Shown: positions 37,794 to 51,744 of the stretch, piece by piece | How the letters are laid out: each line of letters begins with the position of its first letter | Numbering within the stretch: the first letter of the stretch is position 1 | DNA from: Chiloscyllium plagiosum | Lineage: Eukaryota | DNA length: 64,000 nucleotides | NCBI RefSeq assembly: GCF_004010195.1 | Contig: NC_057728.1 | Coordinates: forward strand, 47,287,305 to 47,351,304 | Reading direction: 5' to 3' | The notes under the pieces: generated by a model | The model's database searches: none | What the model saw: the letters and a program-made list of their open reading frames with translations, nothing else | Told to the model about the DNA's origin: nothing | Made by a program: the position numbers and the translations under genes

Positions 37794-39119
37794 CCAGCCA
37801 CAGATGAGGTTATGAGCGGACTTGGGCAAACATTGAATTGATGGAAACTGGCCATTTTAAGTGCCCAAAAACTGAACATCATGGGGTAAAAAGACATAAT
37901 TTTAAGTTAGAACTTTATGTCAATTTATTCTTGATCAAAACTTCTTCTATCACATTGTCTTTGTCCTAAGGTTCTTCTGGTTCTAGATAACCTTGGCAGC
38001 AAAATCTCACTCAAATTAATTTCCCTTTGTTAAGAACAGAAAATATTCATCTCACCAATCTAGGCCAGATTGAATGGATTGAAAACGTACATATGCTAAC
38101 GTTACAGCTATAAGTTACTCTTGGTTAACTAATAAAATGCATATCATGTGACAAAAATATTAGTTTTGAGTGAGTATCTTAATTAGCTCCAATTTGTTAA
38201 CTTGCCCAGAAGATTTCAGTTAATATTTCGTATCAAGGCATATGGTGGAATGTTATTGATACCTATGATCCAACAACAAACTTCAACACTCTTTCACCAA
38301 CAGATAAATGTCCAACACCTAAATCAAAGAATGGAAAAACGACTTCCGAGAAACATTCTCTAATAATGAGTGCAATGAACAGGAACCTCTTACCTACCTA
38401 GCCGTTGTCACCACTTTTCGGTTCCACTATTTAAAGGCTCCCCCGTCTGTCCTATTCACTCAGAAAGCATTCACTGCCGTGCACGCACTGCCGTTACCCT
38501 GGTTCTTTAAAACGCAACTTAATGTACTTCTGAATATTTAATTGCTTACCCAACAGACTTATGGAGCTGATCTCCATTCACCTTCAAACCTGTCTAATTA
38601 GAGCCAGAAAAAGATGGTATGCTTTCGGAATTCTGACCCCGACCTAACTTTGAGGGGTTTTAATTCCCCAGGCACATGCAAAACAGCTCCTCTGTGCCTG
38701 GGAAGCTCCCCCAATATCTATTCCTATTTAGGAGTTTGTAACACATACAGAAACCTGGAAGTCTGTTCTTGAAATTTCTTCATCATTCAGTGCAAAACAT
38801 TGGTACAGATGCACATAACTGTTGAGTTTTCTTTCAGCAAGCATTTTTTTCATATTTGTAGCAGTCAATATTAATGACTGACTTTACTGTTCCATGTTTT
38901 ATCACACCATTGAAAATTGGCTCTGATTTTGGTCTATTCACACATTCACACTTTGCCAGCCAGTATGATGGAATCCGTGATACAGATTGTTCTGACTTGT
39001 TCCAGGAACTGTGTACAGCAGAAGTACCCAAACAGATGACAATGTAGTGAACTTTCCTACACAATGACCTCGCAATTATGTTCCAAAGATGCCACTTCCC
39101 AAACTAGTAATCAAATTAA

Positions 39120-40615
39120 ACAAGAGGAATAAAAGGCAGAGGAAATAACTGGGGCCCTGACAGATATCCTTGTAGCATCTGTAAACACAGGTGAGGTGCC
39201 AGAGGACTGGAAAGTTGCTAATGTTGTCCCATGTTCAAGAAGGGTAGTAGGGATATTCCAGGTAATTACAGACCAGTAAGCCTGACGTCAGTGGTGGGAA
39301 AGTTGCTGGAGAAGGTACTGAGGGATATGGTCAATCTATATTTGGAAGTAAATGGGGTTATCAGTGATAGGCAACGTGGTTTTGTGCAGGGGAGATCGTG
39401 CCTTACCAACTTAATAGCGCTCTTTGAGGAAATGACCAAGTTGATAGATGAAGGAAGGGCTATTGATGTCATATACATGGGCTTTAGTAAGGCATTTGAT
39501 ACGATTCCCCACGGTAAACTAATAGAGAAAGTGAAGTCACATGGTGTGCAAGGTGTTCTAGCTAGTTGGATAAAGAACTAGTTCAGCAACAGGAGACAGA
39601 AGGCAGTAGTTGAAGGGAGTTTCTTGAAATGGAGAAAGGTGACCAGTGGTGTTCCACAGGGATCAGTGCTAAAGCCACTGTTGTTTGTGATATACATAAA
39701 TGATCTGGAAGAGGGCATTGATGGTATGTTCAGTAAGTTTGCAGATGACACGAAGATTGGTGGAGTAGCAGAAAGCGTAGGCGACTGTCAAAGAATACAA
39801 GAGAATATAGATAGACTGGAGAGTTGGGAGATGGAGTTCCATCTGAGCAAATGTGAGGTGATGCATTTTGGAAGGTCTAATTCACGAGCGAACTATACTG
39901 TAAACAGAAGAGCCTTGGGTAAAGTTGATGAGCAGAGAGATCTGGGAGGTCAGGTCCATTGTACCCTGAAGGTGGCTGCATAGAGCGGTCAAGAAGGCAT
40001 ATGGCATGCTTGCCTTCATCGGACAGGGTATTGAGTATAAGAGCTGGAAAGTCATGTCAAAATTATACAAGACTTTGGTTTGGCCATGTTTAGAATACTG
40101 TGTACAGTTCTGGTCACCACACTACCAAAAGGATGTGAACACTTTGGAGAGGGTGCAGAGAAGGTTTACGAGGATGTTGTCTGGTATGGAAGGTGCTAGC
40201 TATGAAGAGAGGTTGAGTAGTTTAGGATTGTTTTCATTAGAAAAAAGGAGGTGTGGGGGGTGCTGCTGATTGAGGTTTACAAAATCATGAAGGGTATGGA
40301 CAGGGTGAATAGAAAAAGCTTTTTCCCAGGGTGAGGGATTTAATAATGAGAGGAGAAGAGTTTAAGGGGGATACACATGAAAGTACTTTACACAGAGGGT
40401 GATAGGTGCCTGGAACGCACTGCCAGCAAAGGTAGTAGAGGCAGGCACGGTAGATTCATTTAAGGTGGGTCTGGGCAGATGCATGAGTAGGTGGGGAGCA
40501 CAAGGATACAGATGCTTAGGAATTGGGCAATAGGATTAGACAGTGGATTTGGATCGGCTCTGGCTTGGAGGGCTGAAGGGCCTGTTCCTGAGCTGTAAAT
40601 TTTCTTAATTCTTTG
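39120..40615 (+). mobile_element. CR1 (HER1-like) LINE, 5'-truncated
   Basis: NYRPVSLTSVVGKLLE, SGVPQGSVL, KFADDTKIGG, LEYCVQFWSPHY. Confidence 0.95.
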
Positions 40616-40619
40616 TTCC

Positions 40620-40825
40620 AAAAGCAAAATACTGCAGACGTTGTAAATCTGAAACAGACACAGAAATTCAGCAGGGATGGCAACATCTTTGCAGAGAGAA
40701 ACAAAGTTAACGCTTCGAGTTATGGTATCGAGTGCTGAAAAATAGTGATATCAGACTCAAAATGTTAACTCTGTTTTTCTCTCTTCTCAGATGCTGTCAG
40801 ACTGCTGAGTTTCTCCAGCATTTTC
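40620..40825. mobile_element. PLE fold-back element, family C (old)
   Basis: gagagaaacaaagttaacg versus tgttaactctgtttttctctc inverted arms with an unpaired left tail. Confidence 0.65.
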
Positions 40826-40994
40826 AATACTGTAAACAAATGGATCAGAGTTACGTTCGTTACGAGGAATGGTAAATAAAACAAGAGTGCGTATCTATTT
40901 GTAATAGATAATCATATGCATCAATATTCAAATCTTCATCCAGCTTTTATCACTCTAACACCGCTGCACAATGTCACTTACAGTCAGAGCCAGG

Positions 40995-41490
40995 CTCATA
41001 CAGCACGGAAAACAGACCTTTCAGTTGGACCAATTCATGCCAATCAGAATCTCAATCTAAATTAGTCCCATCTCTCTGCGCTTGGCTCACATTCCTCCAA
41101 ATATTTTTCATCCATGTATGTAGCGTAATGTCTTTTAATATTGTAACTGTACCCACAACAACTACATCCTCTGGAAATTCATTCCACACTCAAACCACAC
41201 TCTGTGTTAAAAAAAGATTTGCCCCTGATGTCTCTTTTAAATCTTTCTCCTCTCACCTTAAAAATATGTCACCAGCCTTGAAATCCACCACTCTAGAGAC
41301 GACACCTTCCATTCACCTTATTTATATCCCACATGGTTTTATAAATCTCTATAAGGTCACCCTCAACCTCCTACGCTCCAGTGAAACAAGTCTAGCCTAT
41401 CCAACCACTCCTTATAACTCAAATCCTCCATTCTCAGTAACATCCTGGTAAATCTCTTCTGAACCCTCCCTTGTTTAATATTCTTCTTAT
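40995..41490 (-). mobile_element. CR1 LINE 3' fragment
   Basis: Same 3' region as the other CR1 copies. Confidence 0.8.
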
Positions 41491-42872
41491 AATATCATTT
41501 GCAAATGATGTGTGTGGTTGACACCTCCAGAGCATGTATCAGGTGATTAGTTTATTCCCTGACAGAATTTAAGAATCCATAGATCGTTAGCCTCGTTTCT
41601 GATGTTAGTTCTGTCACTGGGCTTGTTGGCCCAGTCAGGCTTCGCTCATAACACTAACTGTTTAACAACAAGCCTGACTGCACACAACTGAAACCTCTCA
41701 TGAGCTGAAGTACATGGAGAAGCTTCACCTCCAACAGTAAGTAACTTTAGTTATGAAAGTACAAGGTAAGTGAAGATGTTACAGGAAGGCGTCTACCTTG
41801 CTAGTTACATGCCTTACCTATAATGTCAGCTTTGTCAATACACTTGTTTCTTGTTTTTGCCAAAAGCAATGGCCTCCATGGTAGTAACTACCGTGGGCTG
41901 GGGTGCTCATGAGTATACTTTACTTGTTGATTTATGCAAAACATCGTGAAGGATGAGAAAGTCAAAAAGAATGTAACAGGAAATTTTAACCCACGGTTGG
42001 AAAACAGAATTACTGCCTCCATCCCAACCAAATTCTCCACCCGTCCTTCGAAAAGGCTGGGTGTTATTTTGTTACATTGTTTGTAAAAGGTAGGAACTGA
42101 TGGTTTTGAGAATGTGCATTCAGGGTGCCATTGTTTAATGTCAGACCACAGCCAGCTGCCGCAAACAAAGTCCACCAGGTACATACACAGAACAGCAAGA
42201 AATCCACTCAGTGAAGCTCTCACACGTTGTCTCAAACAATGTGACTACTTTAGGCTTCTGGGAATTACATGACAGAACAAGGGACTTTAAATTCCAAGTT
42301 TCTTCTTTGGCTGCAAGGCACATTGGAACATTCTGCGATCATGAAAGGTGCTACATAAACACAATTTTTATTCCAGGTGACTTCCCTCTGTTTCACAAGT
42401 CTGAGTTACTTAGTTCTTGTCTCTTCAACTTTTGTCTTTTCTTGACTTCATTGCTCACCATCTCCTACTTTGTATTTCCTGCTCTCTTTTGTTTTGATAT
42501 ATTTCTCACTCTCTTCCTTCACTCCTCACTTTTCTTCACATCCTCCTCCATTTCTCAGACTCTCACTTAACTTTGTGGAATCTTTTTCAATTCTTCCTTT
42601 TCTCCTGCACCTCTCCACTTCCCATTTTCCTTTACTTCTCTCTCCCCCTTTCTCATTCCTTCATCTCTCAGCATTTTTTCCCACACCCTCTTGCTCTGAG
42701 GCCTTCTGTATACCTACAGCAAAAACTGAAGTTTGAAAAGGCTTAACATTGTACAAAAGATATAATTATTTAAAATCTCCACTGCAGAACTAAATGAATA
42801 TCCCATGCATAACTAACATCAGAAGTGAGGCTAACGCTCTATGGATTCTTAAATTCTGTCAGGGAATAAATT

Positions 42873-43145
42873 AATCACAGGATCCCTACAGTGCTGAAAT
42901 AGGCAGTTCAGCCCATCAAGTCTACACTGACCCTCCAAAGAGCATCCCACCCAGACACAGACCCCTACCATAACCTCACATTTCCCATGGTTAATCCATC
43001 TAACCTACAAACCGGTGGACACCACCAGAGCAATTTAGCATTGGCAAATCCACCTAACCTACACACCTTTGGACTACAAAAGGAAACTGGAGTACCCAGA
43101 GTTAAGGGTGAGCATGCAAACTCCACGCAGTCAAAACCAGACCAC
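42873..43145 (-). mobile_element. HE1-like SINE, diverged
   Basis: Similar to 30153-30472 (tggagtttgcatgc..ccagtttcc..agtccaaaggtgtg). Confidence 0.7.
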
Positions 43146-43404
43146 TGGCACAGCTCCATTCTCCTATTAAAATAACACTACTCCGAGCACTTGAAAAGAC
43201 CACGGGCTTGTACATTATTACAATGACACAATGTATAAGTGCTATTCCAATGTTTGTGTGACACAATTGTACATTTCAGTCAGATTACATCACTACAGAT
43301 TACAAATGACATGGAAGCTTTTACCGAAGACAGCCTTTTAAGAGATCCAGAGCATATTCAACTGACTAGTGTTATAATTGAAGAAATGTAGTTATGTAAC
43401 ATAC

Positions 43405-43531
43405 CTAATTTTGGCAGAGAGTAGCTGACATTAAAGTAATCTTCATAAAATTCCAGCAGCCGCTTTGTTATATTCAAAGCATAGTCTCCAGATCCTCTTT
43501 GAATAGCATCTGGCCTGGCATACAGTCTCAC
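43405..43531 (-). CDS. TRHDE: TRHDE internal exon, probably exon 3, 127 bp
   Basis: Acceptor tgaag, donor gtatg. Encodes VRLYARPDAIQRGSGDYALNITKRLLEFYEDYFNVSYSLPKL plus 1 nt. Phase 0 start matches the previous exon. Confidence 0.95.
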
Positions 43532-44334
43532 CTTCACAGAAGAACAATAATTAGTCAAGGTAGTCGGAATCAATCATACTGAAAGAATATTGAACAAAAT
43601 GATAATCCACATAAAACTGTTCCTTATCCATCCATGCATACATAGTGAAACAGACAAAGATAGAATGTTTTAGGTGAATACTTGAGATAATAAGTACAGG
43701 ACATAATCACTGATTGGTATGTTTGTCCAATGTTCAGTTAACTGGTCTGGTTATCATTCAGTGTTTCAAGCTCAATTTAAAAGAGGTGATCTTAGCAGAT
43801 CAGAAAAGACTGCAATCCTGTCATCCAGCATTGCACTGATCAGAACACAAACAGGAGGCATTGACACAAAATTTAAATAGGACAAGAGTGATACTGCAAT
43901 TAAAAATCAGCTCTGTCAGCAATCATTATAATTCCATTTGGAACCAGTACTTTGTAGAAATGCGGATCAAAACAATCAGGTGATGGAAAGCTATTTCAGA
44001 TACAAAACTAAACATTCTTGTACCCTTCACAGATAACTGAGGGTCACCTCCAGAGATCGGGAGGTACAACAATGTAGGGACAAAACAATAGTCAGGTGAA
44101 TGTGTTTTTTTCTCCTGCTGAAGTCAGGGCACATTTTTTCCCCAAAAGCATTAAGGATTCTAAATGCATTCTGTGTTGCTTAACTTTAAAACTGTGAAGT
44201 ATTCAGCTATACCGTTATTGCCTTGAAAAGTACAAGTGTATCCCATGAGACTGATGGATAAGTGAAAAATAGCTGATTATTTATACATCAAACAAGAGAA
44301 TAAAACTGATGCTGTTACTCTGTCTTTAGTGTGT

Positions 44335-45270
44335 GTGGAGGTGCCAGTGTTGGACTGGGTTAGACAAGATCAAGCATCACACAACACCAAGCTATAGCCC
44401 AACAGAAGCTTTCGGAGCTCTACTCCTTCCTCAGGAGTTGTATGGAAGAGGGAAGGAACACTGACACAAAATTTATAAGCAGAAAGGTAGCTACCCTAAA
44501 ACTACGCCCGAGGAAAGAACCGAACTCCAAAAGCTCATGTTTTCAAATAAACTTGTTTACTATAACATGGGCATAGAGTCATAGAGATGTACAGCAGGGA
44601 AACAGACCCTTCTGTCCAACTCGTCCATGCCGACCAGATATCCCAACCTAATCTAATCCCATTTGCCAGCATTTGGTCCATATCCTTTGAAAACCTTCCT
44701 ATTTATCTACCCATCCTGATGCTTTTTAAATGTTGTAATTGTATTGGCCTCCACCACTTCCGCTGGCAGCTCATTCCATACATGCACCACCCTCATGAAA
44801 AAGTTGCCACTTAGATCCCTCTCACCCTAAATCTATGCCCTCTAGTTCTGGACTCTCCTGACCCAGGGAAAAGACCTTATCCATTTACCCTATTCATGCC
44901 CCTCATGATTTTATAAACCTCTAAGGTCATCCCTCAGCCTCCATTTCTCCAGGGAAAATAACCCCAGCTTATTCAGCCTCTCCCTGTATCTCAAACCCTC
45001 CAACCCTGGCAACATCCCAGTAAATCGTTTCTGAATCCTTTCAAATTTCATGACATCCTTCTGATAGGAGGGAGACCAGAACTGCACACAACATTCCAAA
45101 AGTGGCCTAACCAACATCCTGTACAGCTGCAACATGACCTCCCAACTCCTCTACTCGATGCTCTGACCAATAAAGGAAAGCATACCAAATGCCTTCTTCA
45201 CTATCCTATCTACCTGCAACTCCACTTTCAAGGAACTATGAACCTGCACTGGTATGTCGTGCAATGTTTC
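44335..45270. mobile_element. Old family B PLE fold-back element with a CR1 fragment (44573-45250, -) inserted in its right arm
   Basis: Tail gtgccagtgttggactggg and left arm. The right arm breaks at 44572 and apparently resumes at 45250. The CR1 part encodes LVRPLLECCVQFWSP. Confidence 0.7.
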
Positions 45271-47934
45271 ACCTTATCTTTACTGCGTCACTCAACTGTT
45301 TGTTGTGTCAGAACAGGACGCATGGGAGAGAACAGCAAAATAAATAAAAAGTTGGCTAATGAACTGGCATAAAGAGAAATGATAAACCCTCACATTTTCA
45401 CTGGGACAGATCAAGTGCATAATGCTTTCAAATCCTTCAATCATTACTATTTCAATATGGGTTACATTTCCAGCTCCTGCCACTTGGTATGAAGTCATAT
45501 ATTTCCAAACACAATCTGTTCCTCCAATCAGCCCATCTAAATAATCTCCAATTTTCAGTGAAACCGAGACGAAAAGTCTTATTTTTTGTTTTTTTCTAGA
45601 TTTCCAATAAACTACCACATTGCGATATTTCCATTTTTTTTCCTCCATGGCAACCTCAAACTACCATCATAGAAAATTGAAGTATATGCTGGACCACCTA
45701 TGTTTTCTGTAAGGTTGATGTCTATGCAATGATATATCCTTTCTGAAAACTTGGTTGTGGCTATGATATTTCACTAAAACTATCGCACACCAAGCAGAAC
45801 TTTCCCTTGGTGTCTGTCCAAGCCCAGCTGTCATTGGACTGATGTTGGGTCTTTCTCCTGCTCAGACAGTGCAGAGAAATACCTCAGGTGTTTCTTGTAC
45901 AACTCCTAGTTACTGAAAGACACAGGGAATGAAAGTAATAAAAATGTCAAGAAAAATTCCCATTTAACTCCCTGAGCATATTTTTCATTTAGAAAATTCA
46001 CACATATAATTGAGTATGCTTGTTCTTTACAACTTTGTTCCATGTTTTAATCAAGCTGGTGCAATCCTCTACTTGGTTGAGAAGAATGTGACAGTAGCTT
46101 TAGAATTCCACTGGGGCATCACAGCTCATGTTTAAAAAGAATTAGATTGTTTATTCAATTACTCTGTACACTGACAAAACAGTGGGAAGCAGTTTGAAAA
46201 ACCAGATAGTTTTGTGGAGGCTGCTTATTCCAGATATTGATGATGGAAATAAAATGGAAGTCATTTGATTGGGAGATTGTGTGGTGCTTGTTTAGTTGCT
46301 GATGGATAGCTTTTCTTATTATTTAGTGCTTGGAAATGGTTGACAACGACCTTATGTCAATGGGATAGTTCAGCCAGCCAGCATTAACGAATTAAACTTC
46401 TTTGTTTCTCTCTGCTGTTTTGTCTAAAGTAGATGTGAAATGTGAGAATGTGAAAGCTTTTGAGTCATGATGACACTGTTAAGATGTAAAGCTCCACAAA
46501 CACATGCTTTACACAAGACACTTATACAGATGCAAAATGGAGCTAAAGCTCCTCAAGCTCAATGGCAGATTCCTGGAAAAAGTCAGGCACAAAAGGCCCA
46601 ACAAATGACAAATATCTGTGAGACATAGAAACGTTGGGATTCTGGCACCAGGCCACCACATTCATACAATAGTTTGGAACAAGCAACTCAAGTTGGGTCC
46701 TTCATGTCAACAGGACAGAAATGGCTGCAACAAATGGCCACATTAAAGTTGTACTTGACTCTGGTATTTCTGCTACTGGGGTTGTAGGTCAGCCAAGGGG
46801 CCACCAATATTTCCATTTTGGATCTAGGAAATAAGAGCCAGGAGCGTATCTGGGTCCAAACCTCACCCTTAGTGGAAGCAGTAACTTATTTTGATATTGT
46901 CTGGGTCCCCTCTTGATTAGTATAGTGAAAGGAGTTCCCATTCATTTAAGGGTGAATTAAATCAACTTTAATTGGCCGACAGCCTACAGTAGGAGGTAAC
47001 TCGCAGAGGGGGTTCTTCAACATTTAAGGTGCCCATTCACTCACTTCTTTGAACAATCAAATATGCAACGAAGCTAGCCCACCTCTATAGTGGGTGAATG
47101 CAAAATCCCTCTCCAGGGTGATGTTTGGCTGCACCTTCACCCAGGCAAATCTACAGGAGATGGAGAAACCAATTCCGCCTCCTTTAAGTGGCTGTAATGA
47201 TGTTTAATAAACCTAATTTGCTGCACATCTCCATAAAATGGGCAGCTGGGCCTCAAACCCAATTTGCCCAGAACAGCCAGCTTTGGAATGGTGTCAGGAA
47301 ACCAACATGCCACACAGTGCCTGTACTTTCGGTTCCATCTGCATTATTTATCAACTTCAGCAGAAAATTCCATTTCTCTCTGTCTAATTACTCCCATTGG
47401 CCTTCCTCTAAAGGCATTTAACTGCTAATCCATTGGTACTTAGTAATCAAGCTCATTGCCCGTCTAAGGCAGCTGTTTCCCATCCACTGCAACAGCATTG
47501 GCAGAGATACCTCTCCATCGCATGGCTGTCTGTTGGTCAGACCCTCAATATTATGGCACACTCACAGACCTCAACAACACTCACTGATATGTCGACAGTC
47601 TGGGTCCAAGTAATTTCACTGCCAATATTCATAACCCCCAAAAAAATCAAAACATAATGAGAAAAGGTGCGAAAGAGAATAACTAAAACTGGAATGAAAC
47701 CAATCAAATTGTTCATGGTGTAAAGTGGGATTTTTTTCCATCAAAAGACAGGCATGAACAGAAATGTATAACCAATTCATCAGTAGCTGGCAATCAAATA
47801 ATTTTGGTTTGAATGAAGGACTTTCAGCAGAACTCAACTTGCCAATATTTAAACGTTTCCCCTTTTCCAATGCTGTTGGGAATACTGAAAATTTTAGCAT
47901 TTCCCTTTTGTTTTTATTGCAAAGGGGACATGAT

Positions 47935-48306
47935 TGTGATGTATAGAGTCTTGATGGGTACAGATGGTGTAGACAGGAAGAGACTATATCCCTTGATAGA
48001 GGAATCAATGACCAGCGGGTACAGATTTAAAGTCAGGGGCAAAGCAGTGAGAGGAGATTAGAGGTAAAGCTTTTTTTACACAGAGGGTGGTGGGAATCTG
48101 GAACACGCTGCCTGTAAGGGTGGGAGAGGCAGAAACCCTCATAACATTTAAATAATGTTAAGATGTACAGTTGTGATGCCACAGCATACAGGGCTATGGC
48201 CAAGCACTGGAAAACGGAATTGGAATGGTTAGGAAGCTTTTTTTGAATGGTGCGGACATGATGGACTGAAGGGAATTTTTCTGTTCTCTATGCCTTTATG
48301 ACTCTA
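47935..48306 (+). mobile_element. CR1 LINE 3' fragment
   Basis: GYRFKVRG, tttacacagagggtggtgggaatctggaac and an atgactcta tail. Confidence 0.75.
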
Positions 48307-48480
48307 TTTTCAGCATTTTTTTTTGTCTCTATATACCATCACATAGTATGATAATTTATATTTGTTTTAATACAGATTTTCAGTAAATTATTGTTTATCT
48401 CTATAAACCATCACATTTTATGACATTTTATATTTGTTTTTATTACAAATTTTCAGCATTTTCGCTTTCTATAATACCAT
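48307..48480. repeat. About 70-bp AT-rich tandem repeat, about 2.5 units
   Basis: Units begin ttttcag at 48307, 48377 and 48450, and share ctata..ccatcacat and tatatttgtttt. Confidence 0.75.
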
Positions 48481-48535
48481 TATGTTATTTAATAGAGATA
48501 TGAGCTCTATTATTAAAGTGCTAACACAAACTTAC

Positions 48536-48809
48536 AGTAATGCCACTTTTGGTAACTGTCTCCTTATAGGTGAAGTTGCAAATTGCCCAAGCCAGATAGT
48601 ACGTGGACATTCGAGGTGTTGGTGAAAATTGTTCTGTGATCCATCCATCTTCCTCATGAATTATAGCATCGACTGGCATATTAGATAGTGCCAAGTAAGA
48701 CTCTTGGTGATTGATGGCGATTTTAAATGTGGCTTTGTACACTGGTTCATCCAAACATGGAAATGTCTTACGGGCATGCGTTGGAGAAAACTGTGTCACT
48801 GCAAGGTAG
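48536..48809 (-). CDS. TRHDE: TRHDE (TRH-degrading ectoenzyme / pyroglutamyl peptidase II) internal exon, probably exon 2, 274 bp
   Basis: Acceptor ttccag, donor gtaag. Encodes [46 protein letters not shown]...[28 protein letters not shown], the M1 aminopeptidase N-domain with TRHDE-type [10 protein letters not shown] and [10 protein letters not shown]. Confidence 0.95.
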
Positions 48810-49587
48810 CTGGAAGAAAGTAGAATATGTTTATTAGGTAGCTCCCATGGGATTTAACAGCACAACCAAACTGAAGGTTTATTTAAAAAGGAATTGATAT
48901 ACAGCAATTTTCAAAGTTGCAGATTCTAAAGTCAAGAGATCACAAACAAATTGATTAACCTGGCATAAAAATGCCCTTAGAATGAAGCTGATTTATCTCT
49001 TTAGCCTGTGAAGAGAGTATTGGAAAGCCTAATGCACCAAAATTCAAAGATAATTAGGATCAATAATTAAAAATATTAGGATTAATAACTGTAAACAGGA
49101 TGCTTAGAAGATGACAAATAGTCTAACTGGATTATGTAAATTTGTAATACGTTGCACAAGTATCATGTCTCTCAATTTGTAAAGGTTATTTCACTGTAAC
49201 TGAAGAAGAAAACCGTTGTGATGTTTATTTAGAGTACTGTCTCAATAAGTGATCTTGTACAGATTTTATTGATTCCATGGTGTTCTGGTTACTGACTATA
49301 TAATTGGATGTACGCGTTACTGCTGGCAGAGCACAAAGGAGCTAAACCGTATAGCCTCAAGATCTGGTGAGGGGATCACAGAGATCACAACGCAGACTGC
49401 AGGACTGCTTCATGTTGTACGGCTACTGTTGCGCACAATGTTCAGTACTAGGAGTGACTTGCAGAAAGTCCTTCCAGCCCCTGCCACATCATTCCTTGTA
49501 AAAATTATTACTTCCTATAGGAACAATCACCGAAAGCATTAGACCTCTGTTGAATTATATCAACAGCCAGAAGAAATCAATCAACAG

Positions 49588-50378
49588 ATGAAGTTTAATT
49601 TAGATAAATGTGAGATGCTACATTTTGGAAAGGCAAATCACTGCAGGACTTATACACTTAATGGTAAGGTCCTGAGGAGTGTTGCTGAATAATGAGACTT
49701 TGGAGTGAAGGTTCATAATTCCTTGAAAGTGGAGTCACAGGTAGATAGAATAGTGAAGAAGGCATTTGGTATGCTTTCCTTTATTGGTCAGAGCATCGAG
49801 TATAGGAGCTGGGAGGTCATGTTGCGGCTGTACAGGACATTGGTTAGGCCACTTTTGGAATGTTGCGTGCAGTTCTGGTCTCCCTCCTGTCGGAAGTATG
49901 TTATGAAACTTCAAAGGGTGCAGGAACGATTTACCAGGATGTTGACAGGGTTGGAGGGTTTGTGATACAGAGAAAGGCTGAATAGGCTGGGGTCATTTTC
50001 CCTGGAGCATTTCGAGGCTGAGGGGGTGACCTTATAGAGGTTTATAAAATAATGAGGGTCATGGATAGGATAAATAGATAAAGTCTTTTCCCTGGGGTGG
50101 GTGAGTCCAGAACTAGAGGGAGAGGGGGAAAATTTAAAAGGGTCCTAAGGGGCAACTTTTTCACGCAGAGGCTGGTATGTGTATTGAATGTGCTGCCAGA
50201 GGAAATGGTGGAGGCTAGTACAATCACAGCATTTAAAGGGCATCCGGATGGGTATATGAACAGGAAGGATTTAGAGGGACATGGTCCAAGTGGAGGCAAA
50301 TGGGACTAGGCTAGGTTAGGATATCTGACTGACTTGGACCGAAGGGTCTGTTTCCATCCTGTACATCTCTATGACTCT
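49588..50378 (+). mobile_element. CR1 LINE 3' fragment
   Basis: KKAFGMLSFIGQSIEYRSW..LVRPLLECCVQFWSP. Confidence 0.9.
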
Positions 50379-51404
50379 AAGTAACCAATAAATAATGATG
50401 ATCACTTTAAGCAGCACTTGTCAGGGGTATTCCTGCTGCTGAATGTCTGGTCAGTTGTGTGAGGTTAAGAGAGGGGGATTGGCTAAAGGGTTGCACTTCA
50501 AAATGGTATCACTGTTGTAAAATGAGCTTTGCACACAAACTGATGTTGGGATCTGCCTACTCTGTATACTGGTCCATACTCACGATGTGCACACTCAAGT
50601 CTGCACTGCATGATATCCAATGCAATTCACCCATTAAGTGTGCCACCTCACTGTGGAACCAGTCTTGGAAACAAATGCTAACAAGCCATGTCCCTTGCCC
50701 AGATTCCTTTATGACCTCCTTAGAATTAAACTAGGGTTAGCTATGTATATCAAAATATCTCAATATAAATATACTTTTGCTTCACTGAGATTACCCTAGC
50801 ATAGTATCTTCAACTTACAAATAATTGTATGAATATTGATTTTTCTCTTCTCCACTGTTCACAGTAACTATTCTATAATCTGGTAAATCTAACTCTTCTT
50901 CAGACAATCACTGCCTTCAACTACCTTGTATTACCACATCTAATTTTATCATCCATCTCACAAGAACCTGGGTTCTCTAATAGAAAGACAGCGTCCACAA
51001 ACAGGCCAAGTGCCCTTGCACATGCCACATTTAGTTTAGCATCTACGACTGCTTCTTAAAAAAATATCATTGCATTCTCCTGCCTCATTCTAAAGCAAAA
51101 ACATGAATATACTGTAAGACAGGCTAAAAAGTACTTGAACAGATTTACTTTCCTGTTATAAAGATACACAGAATTAGGAAAAGAAAAAACAAGATACTTC
51201 AAATAGATGACCTAGACCTAATACATAATCTGTTCCAAATCCAATAAAAAGATCTGAAATCTCTGAGATCCTTTCAGACACTTCTAAGTTTCTGATGAAG
51301 TTGAGTGGGGGAAATACTCAGATCAAATTCACTTTTACATCATCCCTATGCTCTTCAGGTGATTCTATTTTCATTTAGGTTTAGAGAAACTCCATGAAGC
51401 TGTT

Positions 51405-51551
51405 CCTGAATTAACAGAGGGCCAATTAGTTGGATAACTGGTTTACAATGCAGATAATACTTACAATGGGGGTTCATTTTCCAGGCTAGCTGAGGTCACC
51501 ATGAAGATCCCTTATCGGAGTTAAGGTGACCCTCAGGTTAAACTTCCCACC

Positions 51552-51585
<34 letters not shown>

Positions 51586-51618
51586 AGAGAGAACACACTA
51601 TGGTGACCTTTACTTTTA
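51405..51618 (+). mobile_element. Short SINE-like repeat containing (TC)n at 51554-51582; related copy at about 59184-59360
   Basis: Both copies share accctcaggttaa..ccacc..tctc..gagagag. Confidence 0.6.
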
Positions 51619-51744
51619 CATGATTTTCTTTCCTTCAAATGTTAACTGTTATATACTTAAAAATGTTTTCTTTTGACACCTGGCAGAAACTTTCTGGTTG
51701 GTTGAAATGGAAAGCAGCAACGACAGCTACTAAGCATTGACTCT

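Noticed and set aside
38380..38660. Repeat-free, slightly CpG-richer intronic stretch (also about 14400-14900) as a conserved enhancer or hidden exon
   Set aside because: No ORF, splice or motif support. It needs a cross-species alignment.
42400..42700. Hydrophobic F/L/S-rich ORFs
   Set aside because: Translation of a pyrimidine-rich low-complexity tract.
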